A stretch of 9,240 nt of DNA from a virus (lineage: Monodnaviria > Loebvirae > Hofneiviricota > Faserviricetes > Tubulavirales > Inoviridae): the IMG/VR virus record IMGVR_UViG_2541047969_000007; one strand, given 5' to 3'. A program made the position numbers and the translations under genes. Below the pieces are notes generated by a model. That model did not search any database. It saw only the letters and a program-made list of their open reading frames with translations, and had not been told where the DNA came from. Of this stretch, positions 1 through 7,311 are shown piece after piece; within the stretch, counting starts at the first letter, position 1, and each line of letters starts with the position of its first letter.

Positions 1-95
1 TACATTATGCGCACCAATGGTAAGGATGGCAGAATCTGGCGGGAATCGTTGACACTGGCCGTCAACTGGCTACTATCGACAGTGATTCAAAATCA
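1..95. repeat. Left copy of a 95-bp exact direct repeat; begins with the dif XerC-arm-like sequence TACATTATGCGCACC
   Basis: Identical to 9146..9240 by direct comparison. Nt 5..15 (TTATGCGCACC) is the reverse complement of the E. coli dif XerC arm GGTGCGCATAA (dif recalled from memory). Confidence 0.9.
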
Positions 96-155
96 TCCGT
101 TTCTCCAAACGAATCAGAATCAAATGTCTGTCAGCAGTAAGTGAACGGCCTGACC

Positions 156-404
156 TCACCAATCAGGCCTGTTCATCCAGTTAGTTGGTAAATCTGTACC
201 TGATACACGAGAATCAAACACCACTTCTTCAGTGCCATCACCATGATGCCGGATAATCTGGTAACCGGATTGCGGGTTCTGGCTCTCAGCTTCATAAGCA
301 GCCCGGAATGCTGGATCTTTAAGAAGCATCACTTTCAGCTCCTGATGTGTCATGAATTTTTCCATGATAAGCCCCGATGAATGCTGCCGCGCCGAATCAG
401 CCAT
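156..404 (-). CDS. Hypothetical small acidic protein; likely start at the internal Met (ATG at 363..365, 69 aa)
   Basis: ORF of 82 aa in the same orientation as the phage core genes. The internal start MEKFMTHQ has a weak GGGG Shine-Dalgarno 6 nt upstream. No recognisable domain; the stop codon is embedded in a hairpin (143..174). Confidence 0.3.
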   Translation of the reverse strand: MADSARQHSSGLIMEKFMTHQELKVMLLKDPAFRAAYEAESQNPQSGYQIIRHHGDGTEEVVFDSRVSGTDLPTNWMNRPDW

Positions 405-549
405 AACGCTGAAAATGGAAACTGTACGGCTTGGCCAACCCCGGACAGCAACAAAACAAGTTTTGTCACTGACCGGCGTTATCTTTCAAAACAGACAGTT
501 AACGATTTTTTGTCTGGTGTTTATGCGTGAAATTTCGTGCGTACGAAAT

Positions 550-798
550 TCACCACCAATAAACAAACGGACGATGACTGACCGGAAAAGCAATGCCGTC
601 AGCATCATGACCACGCATTACCTGATTGAGAAGCCTTCTGACTTCACGACGCTCAGGCCTGGTCATCATCATATTGCGATACCAGGACGGCGATTTATCA
701 AACCATCTGGCACAACTGGCAAAATGTGAACCTACACGACGATAAGACTTAAGGCGGCCACCGGGAAGTCGGTCACGCGCCTTATTTTTTACAGACAT
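550..798 (-). CDS. Hypothetical Arg-rich small protein (82 aa); doubtful
   Basis: Good RBS (AGAGGA, 6-nt spacer, ATG). However the Arg-rich N-terminus (KNKARDRLPGGRL) is the antisense reading of a GC-rich plus-strand terminator hairpin (751..790), so the ORF may be a shadow. Confidence 0.25.
   Translation of the reverse strand: MSVKNKARDRLPGGRLKSYRRVGSHFASCARWFDKSPSWYRNMMMTRPERREVRRLLNQVMRGHDADGIAFPVSHRPFVYWW
751..790 (+). terminator. Rho-independent terminator (plus strand)
   Basis: GC-rich stem AAGGCG (751..756) pairing CGCCTT (778..783), with an inner stem ACCGG/CGGT, followed by a T-tract ATTTTTT (784..790). On the minus strand no U-tract follows, so it is plus-strand specific. Confidence 0.55.
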
Positions 799-886
799 AA
801 TAAATCCTCTAAGTAACTGAATACCTAGAAGATGTCGTACTGTTCATACCCCATAAAAGTTAACGCCATAATAAAAATCCATACAA

Positions 887-2131
887 TCAGTTCAGGTTGT
901 CCCGGAACAGTTCACCGCTCCTCGCGGCGCTGCGGGGCGTCGCCCTGCTCCGGTCAACCTTTCTGACCTGAAGCATCACCATAATATCAGTCTTGTTGCT
1001 TTCACTGGTACGGGAACCGAAGAAGCTCCAGCCGGAACTGGCCTTACTGTCTTTCTGTTCAGCAAGGCCACCAAGTAAAATAATATCACCATCTGCAAGG
1101 CTGACTTCGGTTGTTACATCACGCTTGATAAGGGTTGGCGAGTTATTGACGCCGGTTTCAGTGGTCACAAAGTTGGAAAGCTGCTGCTGAATCTTGAGAT
1201 CCATTGTCCGACTTTTGATTGATGGCGTCACGTTAAACAAAACACCGCTGGAACGATATTCAACGGATTGCGTTGTCGTATTGTTATTCACCGTAACACT
1301 GCCCAGTACTGGCACATCAGAGCCGACTGAAAAAGACGCTGAGGCATTATTTTTTACCCGCAGTCGTGGCGCACTGACAACAGTAAAACGACTGTCGGTT
1401 TTCAGCAGATTGAAAATGGCATCAATGGAGCCGGTTCGAATATTGATAAAATTATCCAGTCCGGCAGCACCAACTGAAATATTGAATTTATCAGACAGAA
1501 TTTTAGCCGCTAAAAGAATGCCGGAGCCGTCAGACTGCGAGGTCTGAACCTCAAAAACATAACCAGAAACAACCACTTCATCACTCATCGTATCCAGCGA
1601 AGTGACCAGTGTTTTCAGGATGGCGATATCCTCTTTCGTACCATAATAAACCAGAATATCACCGGTTCGATTGATGTAGTTGCTTGCCCCTGATGAACCT
1701 TTTAGCGAATCGTCAGAAATCACGGCTCCACTGTTATTGAAGGAGCCTGAAACGTAGCCGCCAAGAATATCAGACAGGTAGGCAACAGAACGGTACTGAG
1801 GCGTATAAGTCCATGTATAACGTGGCTTAACCGGCTCTTTCGGCGTATAGGGCGCGATAAAATCAACACCCTTTTTCGTCCATATTCGAATGTTCATATT
1901 GCCAAGATAACGGGTTACAAATTCCCGTTCATCAATATCAGGTGTTAACCTGAATGTAATCATTCGTTCATCATTAACAAGCTGTGGATCTAGCATATAC
2001 GGGACTTTAAGCACCTCACTGTAAATAAGAGAAATAGCCTCCGGTAGCTTGACTTTATTTAATTCAAGCTCTGACCCTGCGAAAGCACATGAAGAAAATA
2101 GTAGCGTTAATGCGAGTAAAATCTTTTTCAT
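887..2131 (-). CDS. Secretin, filamentous-phage pIV-like outer-membrane export channel
   Basis: 414 aa. N-terminal signal peptide MKKILLALTLLFSSCAFA. C-terminal secretin-domain motifs (GSDVPVLGS and VSLADGDIILLGGL). Start overlaps the stop of the upstream Zot/pI gene (ATGA at 2131). Confidence 0.85.
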   Translation of the reverse strand: MKKILLALTLLFSSCAFAGSELELNKVKLPEAISLIYSEVLKVPYMLDPQLVNDERMITFRLTPDIDEREFVTRYLGNMNIRIWTKKGVDFIAPYTPKEPVKPRYTWTYTPQYRSVAYLSDILGGYVSGSFNNSGAVISDDSLKGSSGASNYINRTGDILVYYGTKEDIAILKTLVTSLDTMSDEVVVSGYVFEVQTSQSDGSGILLAAKILSDKFNISVGAAGLDNFINIRTGSIDAIFNLLKTDSRFTVVSAPRLRVKNNASASFSVGSDVPVLGSVTVNNNTTTQSVEYRSSGVLFNVTPSIKSRTMDLKIQQQLSNFVTTETGVNNSPTLIKRDVTTEVSLADGDIILLGGLAEQKDSKASSGWSFFGSRTSESNKTDIMVMLQVRKVDRSRATPRSAARSGELFRDNLN

Positions 2132-3156
2132 TATTTTTTCCCCGTATAAAGCGTCACACGCTCACCATCAATAATTCCGCTCATCAACATCCCTTTGTAA
2201 TTAAAACTGGATGCAGGAACGGCACGCAAAACACCGGCACCATTAACAAGAATCACAAACGCCCTGCCTTCACTGGTCATTCTCCCTGATATACGCCACT
2301 CGGTTGAAAGTGGCGGTTCAGCTGGTTCTGAGGGAGTATCTGGTGCTGGAGTAGCAGCGGAAGAACGAAACATGGCCGCATCACGTACATCTGTTGTAGT
2401 CAAATCTGGCGAGGGATCGCTTCGGCCAAACGTGCTGAAAAATGAGTAAATCAGCCAGCCTGACCCGATAAACATCAATGGAAAAAGCACAAGAAAGAAC
2501 CTGACTTTGCCAGAATTCCAGATGCTCTGGCGTTTATCTGTCTGCTTTTCATTACCGTTATTTCCTTCATAACTTTTGTAAAGTTCAAAAATATCAGGGT
2601 TATATTTATTGCGATAACTGGTGACGAGGTTGCTTTTATAGATTTTGTGGCCTGAATATACGTCAATGCAGTAATGATTATTCAGGCCCAACGCTTTCAG
2701 CTTGCGCATCCGGTAAGTTGTTTCTATTTTGTCTTTCAGAAAGCGAGCAATATTAGAAAGTGACTGATTTACAATAACCAAATCACAGCTAATACCCGTT
2801 TCAGGGTGCGTAAAATGACGATGTTCAGCAATAAATGATTTCTTCTCAGCCGTCATATCCTTATCGCTACCGAAGATTCGCCATGCTTCATCAATAACAA
2901 TTAAATCACCAAACTGGCAAAAGCTCCCTTCCCCACCTTTAAAAGGAAAGAAATCTGCTTTAAGCACATCATCATTATCCACAACAATAATTTCTCCCGT
3001 TGCATCAGGATAACGTTCGGTGATTTTATCTTTTTGTAAACCATAAATGTTCGTCACAACTCTCCGGCCGCTGGTAAATGCCGGAATAATGACATTGCAA
3101 ACGGCTTCATAACTTTTTCCTGAGCCGGGTATGCCAATATATGCAGAAATAGCCAT
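2131..3156 (-). CDS. Zot/pI-like phage assembly ATPase (inner-membrane morphogenesis protein)
   Basis: 341 aa. N-terminal Walker A P-loop GIPGSGKS. Hydrophobic segment (FFLVLFPLMFIGSGWLIYSFF) in the C-terminal third, typical of pI/Zot topology. Sits immediately upstream of the secretin gene. Confidence 0.85.
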   Translation of the reverse strand: MAISAYIGIPGSGKSYEAVCNVIIPAFTSGRRVVTNIYGLQKDKITERYPDATGEIIVVDNDDVLKADFFPFKGGEGSFCQFGDLIVIDEAWRIFGSDKDMTAEKKSFIAEHRHFTHPETGISCDLVIVNQSLSNIARFLKDKIETTYRMRKLKALGLNNHYCIDVYSGHKIYKSNLVTSYRNKYNPDIFELYKSYEGNNGNEKQTDKRQSIWNSGKVRFFLVLFPLMFIGSGWLIYSFFSTFGRSDPSPDLTTTDVRDAAMFRSSAATPAPDTPSEPAEPPLSTEWRISGRMTSEGRAFVILVNGAGVLRAVPASSFNYKGMLMSGIIDGERVTLYTGKK

Positions 3157-3159
3157 AAC

Positions 3160-3447
3160 TCACCCTATAACAGGAATACGTCGAATAATAAAACGAGTAG
3201 CCATTGCGGAGATAATCATACTAATCCCCTGTGGTAATTTACTCAGGTTAATGAAGTACCAGAATCCGTCTGATAAATTGGCAAACAGCGATGAGAGATT
3301 GCTTGAATCTGGCAGTAACTCAACAAGGATTTCAACGAAGCCCTGGACTACAAAATACAGCGCAAAGAATACGACGAATTTAATAATCAATGACCGGAAT
3401 ACAAAACCTAACAAAGTATTTAATGCACTAATCAGAATCCCAAACAT
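3160..3447 (-). CDS. pVI-like minor virion protein (hydrophobic)
   Basis: 95 aa, very hydrophobic. Strong RBS (AAGGAG, 7-nt spacer). Located between the pIII-like and pI-like genes as in Ff and CTXphi (ace position). Confidence 0.5.
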   Translation of the reverse strand: MFGILISALNTLLGFVFRSLIIKFVVFFALYFVVQGFVEILVELLPDSSNLSSLFANLSDGFWYFINLSKLPQGISMIISAMATRFIIRRIPVIG

Positions 3448-3459
3448 AGTTGCACTCCT

Positions 3460-5172
3460 TTAGGCACTCAGAATAATACGGAGCGCAACAAATCCCCATA
3501 TAATCAGAAATATGGTTTCTACGGCGCTTCTGTTCTGCTCAATTAACGGACAATGGGAGTCAATTCTGTACTGGTGATTAAACACGCTGAATTCAACAAC
3601 GGGGCAGGATGCTGAACGAGAGCCGATGTTAAATTCGTTTGTAAAAGGCAACAAGTTAATAATTGGCGTTAAAATATCTCTTGCCGTTGGCGTTTCTTCA
3701 AGCTCAGGCTCTTTTACACCGGGATCTTCTCCCAAATCTATATTGCCATTATTTCCAGTGTCAGATCCTGAGTTGTTATTAATGGTAATATCAATATTGA
3801 CGTCAGCCCCTGCACTGTCAGATACAGGTGAAAGCATATCTAATAACGTTGGAGATAGCCTAAGTTCCGACATCGCAGAAGTTACTTCAGCCGGTGAAAC
3901 CTCTTTAAACGGTAAGCCGTTATAATCGGCATTAACGGCAGCTTCAGACCACAGCTCGTTAATCATGTCGGCAAGAAGTGCTGGCGATACACTAACACTA
4001 TCAAGATACTCCAGATAATCAATCATGGACTCAATATTTCCAGCCTCCAGTACTTCCGTCATGGCTTTATATTTGGTATTGGTCCAGATAGTAAGCTCAC
4101 TCTTTTCATCAATATCTTTTGCGGTGTAATCCTCTTTTTCAGGAACGGCACAAATCGTCGAATATCCACCATTTGACTGATTAGTCGTTTTACAAGGCGT
4201 GTTGTGATACTGATATTGCTTTCCTGCTGTTAAATAAGCAACGCTGTAATACATGGGAAGCCCTGCTACATTTTCATACATGGGAATACCTGCGGGAAAT
4301 GAAGATGCGGCCGGGTTGCTATACAAGTGTGTAATCTCAGGTATTTCATAAAATGAGGAAGGATAAGTAAACTTATAATTCTGTTCAGTAAAGGATACAT
4401 CTCCATTACTGTTGACAACTTTATTCGTCACAGTGCGTTCAAAATTCGTTAGTGTTTCAGTATAAGTACGCGAGTTATAGTCATTAAGATAATTTCTGGC
4501 AATTTCAGTTGGATTATCACCATAGTAATAAATTAGCTCTTTCGAATCCTGATAATAATAAAGTGCATTATCTGGCGTGGAATATCCTGTTTCAACACCT
4601 ACAACTGGAGAACCCGCATCCACATTATTACGACTAACATGAAGGATTACCGGACTTAATTCCTGTGGTTCAAAATTAACGGTTATCGTCTTACTTTCAC
4701 CACTTTGACCACTGTACGTTACTTCATATAAATTATCGGAAATCTTTTTACCGTTAGTCATTACCATTACCGAGCCGTCAGATGAACTCAAAGAAGACGG
4801 AACAAAAGATGATACAGCAGCAGCAATACCCGCCCACGTTGCAACACCGCTCATTTTGTATGATGAGGCAGCAGGCAAGTATTCGGCAGCATTAGCCGCA
4901 GCGCGGCCAACAAAAACACGGGTTGCTGTAAGCTGTGATGCCGTATAAATCGCATCATTGGCAGCAAAGCGACGAACAAGCACCCGGCCAACGACTTTAG
5001 GAATAACAGCCCGCGCAGCCACTGCTGCAATTGCTGGTACAAATGAATATGAATATCGGGGAAAGGAAACCCAGAGAAAGGAAAAAATAAAGGAATAAAC
5101 CGTCAGCCTCTTAGCCCAAGAATAACGACATAAGCTGAGACGATCCCCCATAAAAGGGAACCCAATTTCCAT
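3460..5172 (-). CDS. pIII-like adsorption / minor coat protein; start uncertain
   Basis: 570 aa. Gly/Ser/Asn-rich linker (INNNSGSDTGNNGNIDLGEDPG). C-terminal membrane anchor (IFLIIWGFVALRIILSA). Strong SD GGAGA 7 nt upstream of the ATG at 5172. Position after the major coat gene. Confidence 0.6.
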   Translation of the reverse strand: MEIGFPFMGDRLSLCRYSWAKRLTVYSFIFSFLWVSFPRYSYSFVPAIAAVAARAVIPKVVGRVLVRRFAANDAIYTASQLTATRVFVGRAAANAAEYLPAASSYKMSGVATWAGIAAAVSSFVPSSLSSSDGSVMVMTNGKKISDNLYEVTYSGQSGESKTITVNFEPQELSPVILHVSRNNVDAGSPVVGVETGYSTPDNALYYYQDSKELIYYYGDNPTEIARNYLNDYNSRTYTETLTNFERTVTNKVVNSNGDVSFTEQNYKFTYPSSFYEIPEITHLYSNPAASSFPAGIPMYENVAGLPMYYSVAYLTAGKQYQYHNTPCKTTNQSNGGYSTICAVPEKEDYTAKDIDEKSELTIWTNTKYKAMTEVLEAGNIESMIDYLEYLDSVSVSPALLADMINELWSEAAVNADYNGLPFKEVSPAEVTSAMSELRLSPTLLDMLSPVSDSAGADVNIDITINNNSGSDTGNNGNIDLGEDPGVKEPELEETPTARDILTPIINLLPFTNEFNIGSRSASCPVVEFSVFNHQYRIDSHCPLIEQNRSAVETIFLIIWGFVALRIILSA

Positions 5173-5194
5173 AATTCAATCTCCATAATAACCT

Positions 5195-5223
5195 CAAGTA
5201 AAACGGGCGATATTGCATCGCCC
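5195..5223 (-). terminator. Intrinsic terminator downstream of the major coat gene
   Basis: Perfect 7-bp stem GGGCGAT/ATCGCCC (5205..5211 and 5217..5223) with a 5-nt loop, followed on the minus-strand transcript by GUUUUACUU (5195..5204). Lies between the pVIII stop (5237) and the pIII RBS. Confidence 0.5.
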
Positions 5224-5236
5224 ATGAATAATGAAT

Positions 5237-5470
5237 TTATGCGGATTTAACGGTACGCAATACCCAGCGAACGCCAGCGACACCGGCATAAAGTGTTACC
5301 AGTGAAGCAGCAACGGCCATAATCGCAACCAGAACTGTACTGAAATCAATGCTGTTCGTCAGCGGCGATAAATCAACACCACTTGATGCCGCTCCTTCTG
5401 CAGCGAAAGTCGCGCCAGAAACAGCCATTAATGCAGGTACAGCCAGAAAACTAACGATTTTTTTAAACAT
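5237..5470 (-). CDS. Major coat protein (pVIII-like) precursor
   Basis: 77 aa. Signal peptide MFKKIVSFLAVPALMAVSGATFA. Mature part has an acidic N-terminus (AEGAASSGVD), a hydrophobic core and a basic C-terminus (RWVLRTVKSA). RBS GGAGA with 7-nt spacer. Confidence 0.75.
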   Translation of the reverse strand: MFKKIVSFLAVPALMAVSGATFAAEGAASSGVDLSPLTNSIDFSTVLVAIMAVAASLVTLYAGVAGVRWVLRTVKSA

Positions 5471-5504
5471 AACTCTATCTCCATTACATTTTAAAGGTTC
5501 GCAT

Positions 5505-5756
5505 TCAAGCAGTACGAACCATCTTTATTACCTGTCCCACACCTACAGAAAAAAGCCAGAGCAGCAGGACAGAGCCAAAACCTAATGTCCAGTAATTTCC
5601 CATTGCAGAATAATCAATTTGATGAAATGGTTCAGAACGTACCATTATTGCCTGACATTCTTTTGCATTGTTCGCATTACATAAATAACCTTCAATACGG
5701 TAACCATTTTCAGGAATATGATTATCAAACTGAATATCGAAACCTGATGCATCCAT
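5505..5756 (-). CDS. Small protein with C-terminal transmembrane helix (possible minor virion or assembly protein)
   Basis: 83 aa. C-terminal hydrophobic helix WTLGFGSVLLLWLFSVGVGQVI. Start overlaps the stop of the upstream ssb-like gene (ATGA). Position is between the ssb and major coat genes. Confidence 0.4.
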   Translation of the reverse strand: MDASGFDIQFDNHIPENGYRIEGYLCNANNAKECQAIMVRSEPFHQIDYSAMGNYWTLGFGSVLLLWLFSVGVGQVIKMVRTA

Positions 5757-5758
5757 AA

Positions 5759-6076
5759 TCAGCCTTTTATTTCAGTAATGCCGCCATCTGATGAAATGTT
5801 ATAAGTTACTCCTTCCCTCCCCTCCATTGACCAGACGCGAACATATACAGGTATCTGGACTAACTTACCGATAAAATTATTTGCCTGATTCATTACACCG
5901 GCATTAACAAGAGCCTGAGATACACGAATAATAATCTGGTCTTGCTTAGTGCCGCCAAAACCATCAGGAATCTCTAAGCCAACACCAATTTCATTATAGT
6001 ATCCCTGACCATTGACCTTATTACGCTGGCGAGCACCAAGCATTTTACCTTTTACAAAAAGACCATAATTAGACAT
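5759..6076 (-). CDS. Putative ssDNA-binding protein (gene V-like), assigned by position
   Basis: 105 aa. Immediately downstream of rep with a strong SD (AGGAGAG). Size and location match inovirus gV or rstB-type proteins; no diagnostic motif recognised. Confidence 0.4.
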   Translation of the reverse strand: MSNYGLFVKGKMLGARQRNKVNGQGYYNEIGVGLEIPDGFGGTKQDQIIIRVSQALVNAGVMNQANNFIGKLVQIPVYVRVWSMEGREGVTYNISSDGGITEIKG

Positions 6077-6087
6077 ATCACTCTCCT

Positions 6088-7140
6088 TTAATGCCAGTTA
6101 CTGGCATGTGAAATACGGTTATAATCGAAAATTAAACCTTTCTCATAAACCCATGATGGAATTTTGGCTGGTTTGGCTTCAAGAGTACGAACCAACGGAA
6201 CAACGTTATTAGAATCCGGTGACTCACAATAAAAGTTAATATCTATTCCGAAAGAAAGTAATTCTTTACGGTGTCGGTAGAATGTAGGTTTCGGTAACAT
6301 CTCTTTCATGTTCGCGCCCTGCTTCCACAATAAATATGTAGACTGTATTTTTCTTGGGAGATTAATTATTTTTTCATCAGTTAATATAGTATTTTGATTC
6401 ATTTCTATTCTCCCTACATAGTCAGAGAATAATTTATTGGGCGTCTCAATATTCCAGCTATTACCAAGCGTAAGATTCAAATCAATTAATTCAGTTGTTC
6501 TTAATGTTAATTCAATGCGTAATTTATCTTTTGACCAGTCCAGTAAACCAGCTTTAACGAATTCGTCTGCCATCTGGTGCCCTTTTTTGCCAGATGTATG
6601 CTCATCATATTTTGAATAAAATTTCAGGCTCCAACGACGGGAGTTTTTCCCTAAGTAAACAGTGCCACCTTTACCACAGGCGCGACCGTGGCGAGTTTTA
6701 GCTTTAAATTCTGCGGCATATAACCATGCGCGGACATTTTCTAATGTTGACAATGAATACATGTAATTGATATCGATGCGCGAGATCTTAAATTGCCCTT
6801 CCATGACCTGCCGATAGGATGGTAGATCATGAGGAATATGCAGTAATGCCAATATTCTGGCGTAAGCTGTTAACACCAACCCTTGCAAATCGTCGGAACC
6901 GATAACAGAGTGACCTTGCAAAAACTTTGATGGATTACCGTCAATGTAGAGATGTGTTGCCCGACCTTCACCATCAGATCCAACAGACCTTACTTTCATT
7001 GTGGACTCATGCGAACCGCGAACGGTCAACCGTTTTACTGTTTCCCACTCCACTGCACCGTCAGCATCGACGCTGACGACACTACCAGCCGGTAACGGTC
7101 GGTGTGTGCAAGGCAGGATTCCGGTAAACCAGTCGATCAT
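6088..7140 (-). CDS. Rolling-circle replication initiation protein (pII/RstA-like)
   Basis: 350 aa. First gene of the minus-strand phage operon, divergent from the HTH repressor. Sequence resembles phage replication-initiator proteins, with conserved Tyr/Lys-rich segments (YLGKNSRRWSLKFYSKYDEH, LRIELTLR). Confidence 0.7.
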   Translation of the reverse strand: MIDWFTGILPCTHRPLPAGSVVSVDADGAVEWETVKRLTVRGSHESTMKVRSVGSDGEGRATHLYIDGNPSKFLQGHSVIGSDDLQGLVLTAYARILALLHIPHDLPSYRQVMEGQFKISRIDINYMYSLSTLENVRAWLYAAEFKAKTRHGRACGKGGTVYLGKNSRRWSLKFYSKYDEHTSGKKGHQMADEFVKAGLLDWSKDKLRIELTLRTTELIDLNLTLGNSWNIETPNKLFSDYVGRIEMNQNTILTDEKIINLPRKIQSTYLLWKQGANMKEMLPKPTFYRHRKELLSFGIDINFYCESPDSNNVVPLVRTLEAKPAKIPSWVYEKGLIFDYNRISHASNWH

Positions 7141-7311
7141 AAGTAGTCACACCCATCAAAATATGTGTCAATAGTCATTTGTGAGCAGATTGAATGGTCA
7201 CAATGTAATATGCTCAGTTCTGACAGTCAATACATTTGCAATGTTTAAATTGTCAGAAATGAGCATCAAATCTAACTATTGAAAAACCACTGTTAAGATG
7301 GAGCCAAGTAG
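7141..7311. promoter_or_regulatory. Divergent control region between rep and repressor genes (promoters and candidate operators or origin)
   Basis: 171-bp AT-rich intergenic region between divergent genes. Direct repeats GTCAATA..CATTTG at 7167..7181 and 7226..7238. CATCAAA at 7154..7160 and 7264..7270. TTGTCA -35-like hexamer at 7250..7255. SD GGAG at 7300..7303 for the repressor gene. Confidence 0.5.

Noticed and set aside
156-404. Toxin-antitoxin interpretation of the two small ORFs 156..404 and 550..798
   Set aside because: Only a vague N-terminal resemblance; no HTH, no RelE/ParE-like features in the partner, and the partner ORF may be an antisense artefact of a terminator.
352-729. Plus-strand ORF of 125 aa overlapping both minus-strand small ORFs
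   Set aside because: No convincing RBS at any in-frame start and an odd composition. Not called as a CDS, but not fully excluded, because a strong plus-strand terminator follows it 22 nt downstream (see findings).
993-1547. Plus-strand ORFs 993..1190 and 1194..1547 inside the secretin gene
   Set aside because: Antisense shadows of a well-supported gene; no RBS.
2089-2666. ORFs 2089..2289 (+) and 2475..2666 (-) within the pI/Zot and pIV coding regions
   Set aside because: Opposite-strand or alternate-frame shadows within well-supported genes.
3131-3925. Plus-strand ORFs 3131..3463 and 3626..3925
   Set aside because: Antisense to the pVI-like and pIII-like genes; the minus-strand genes have strong RBSs and characteristic features.
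4851-5042. Minus-strand ORF of 63 aa in an alternate frame inside the pIII-like gene
   Set aside because: Overlaps the larger in-frame pIII-like ORF; Leu-rich low-complexity translation typical of an out-of-frame shadow.
5349-5585. Plus-strand ORF of 78 aa
   Set aside because: Antisense to the major coat gene and the 83-aa gene; no RBS.
6437-6619. Plus-strand ORF of 60 aa inside rep
   Set aside because: Antisense shadow in an AT-rich part of the rep gene.
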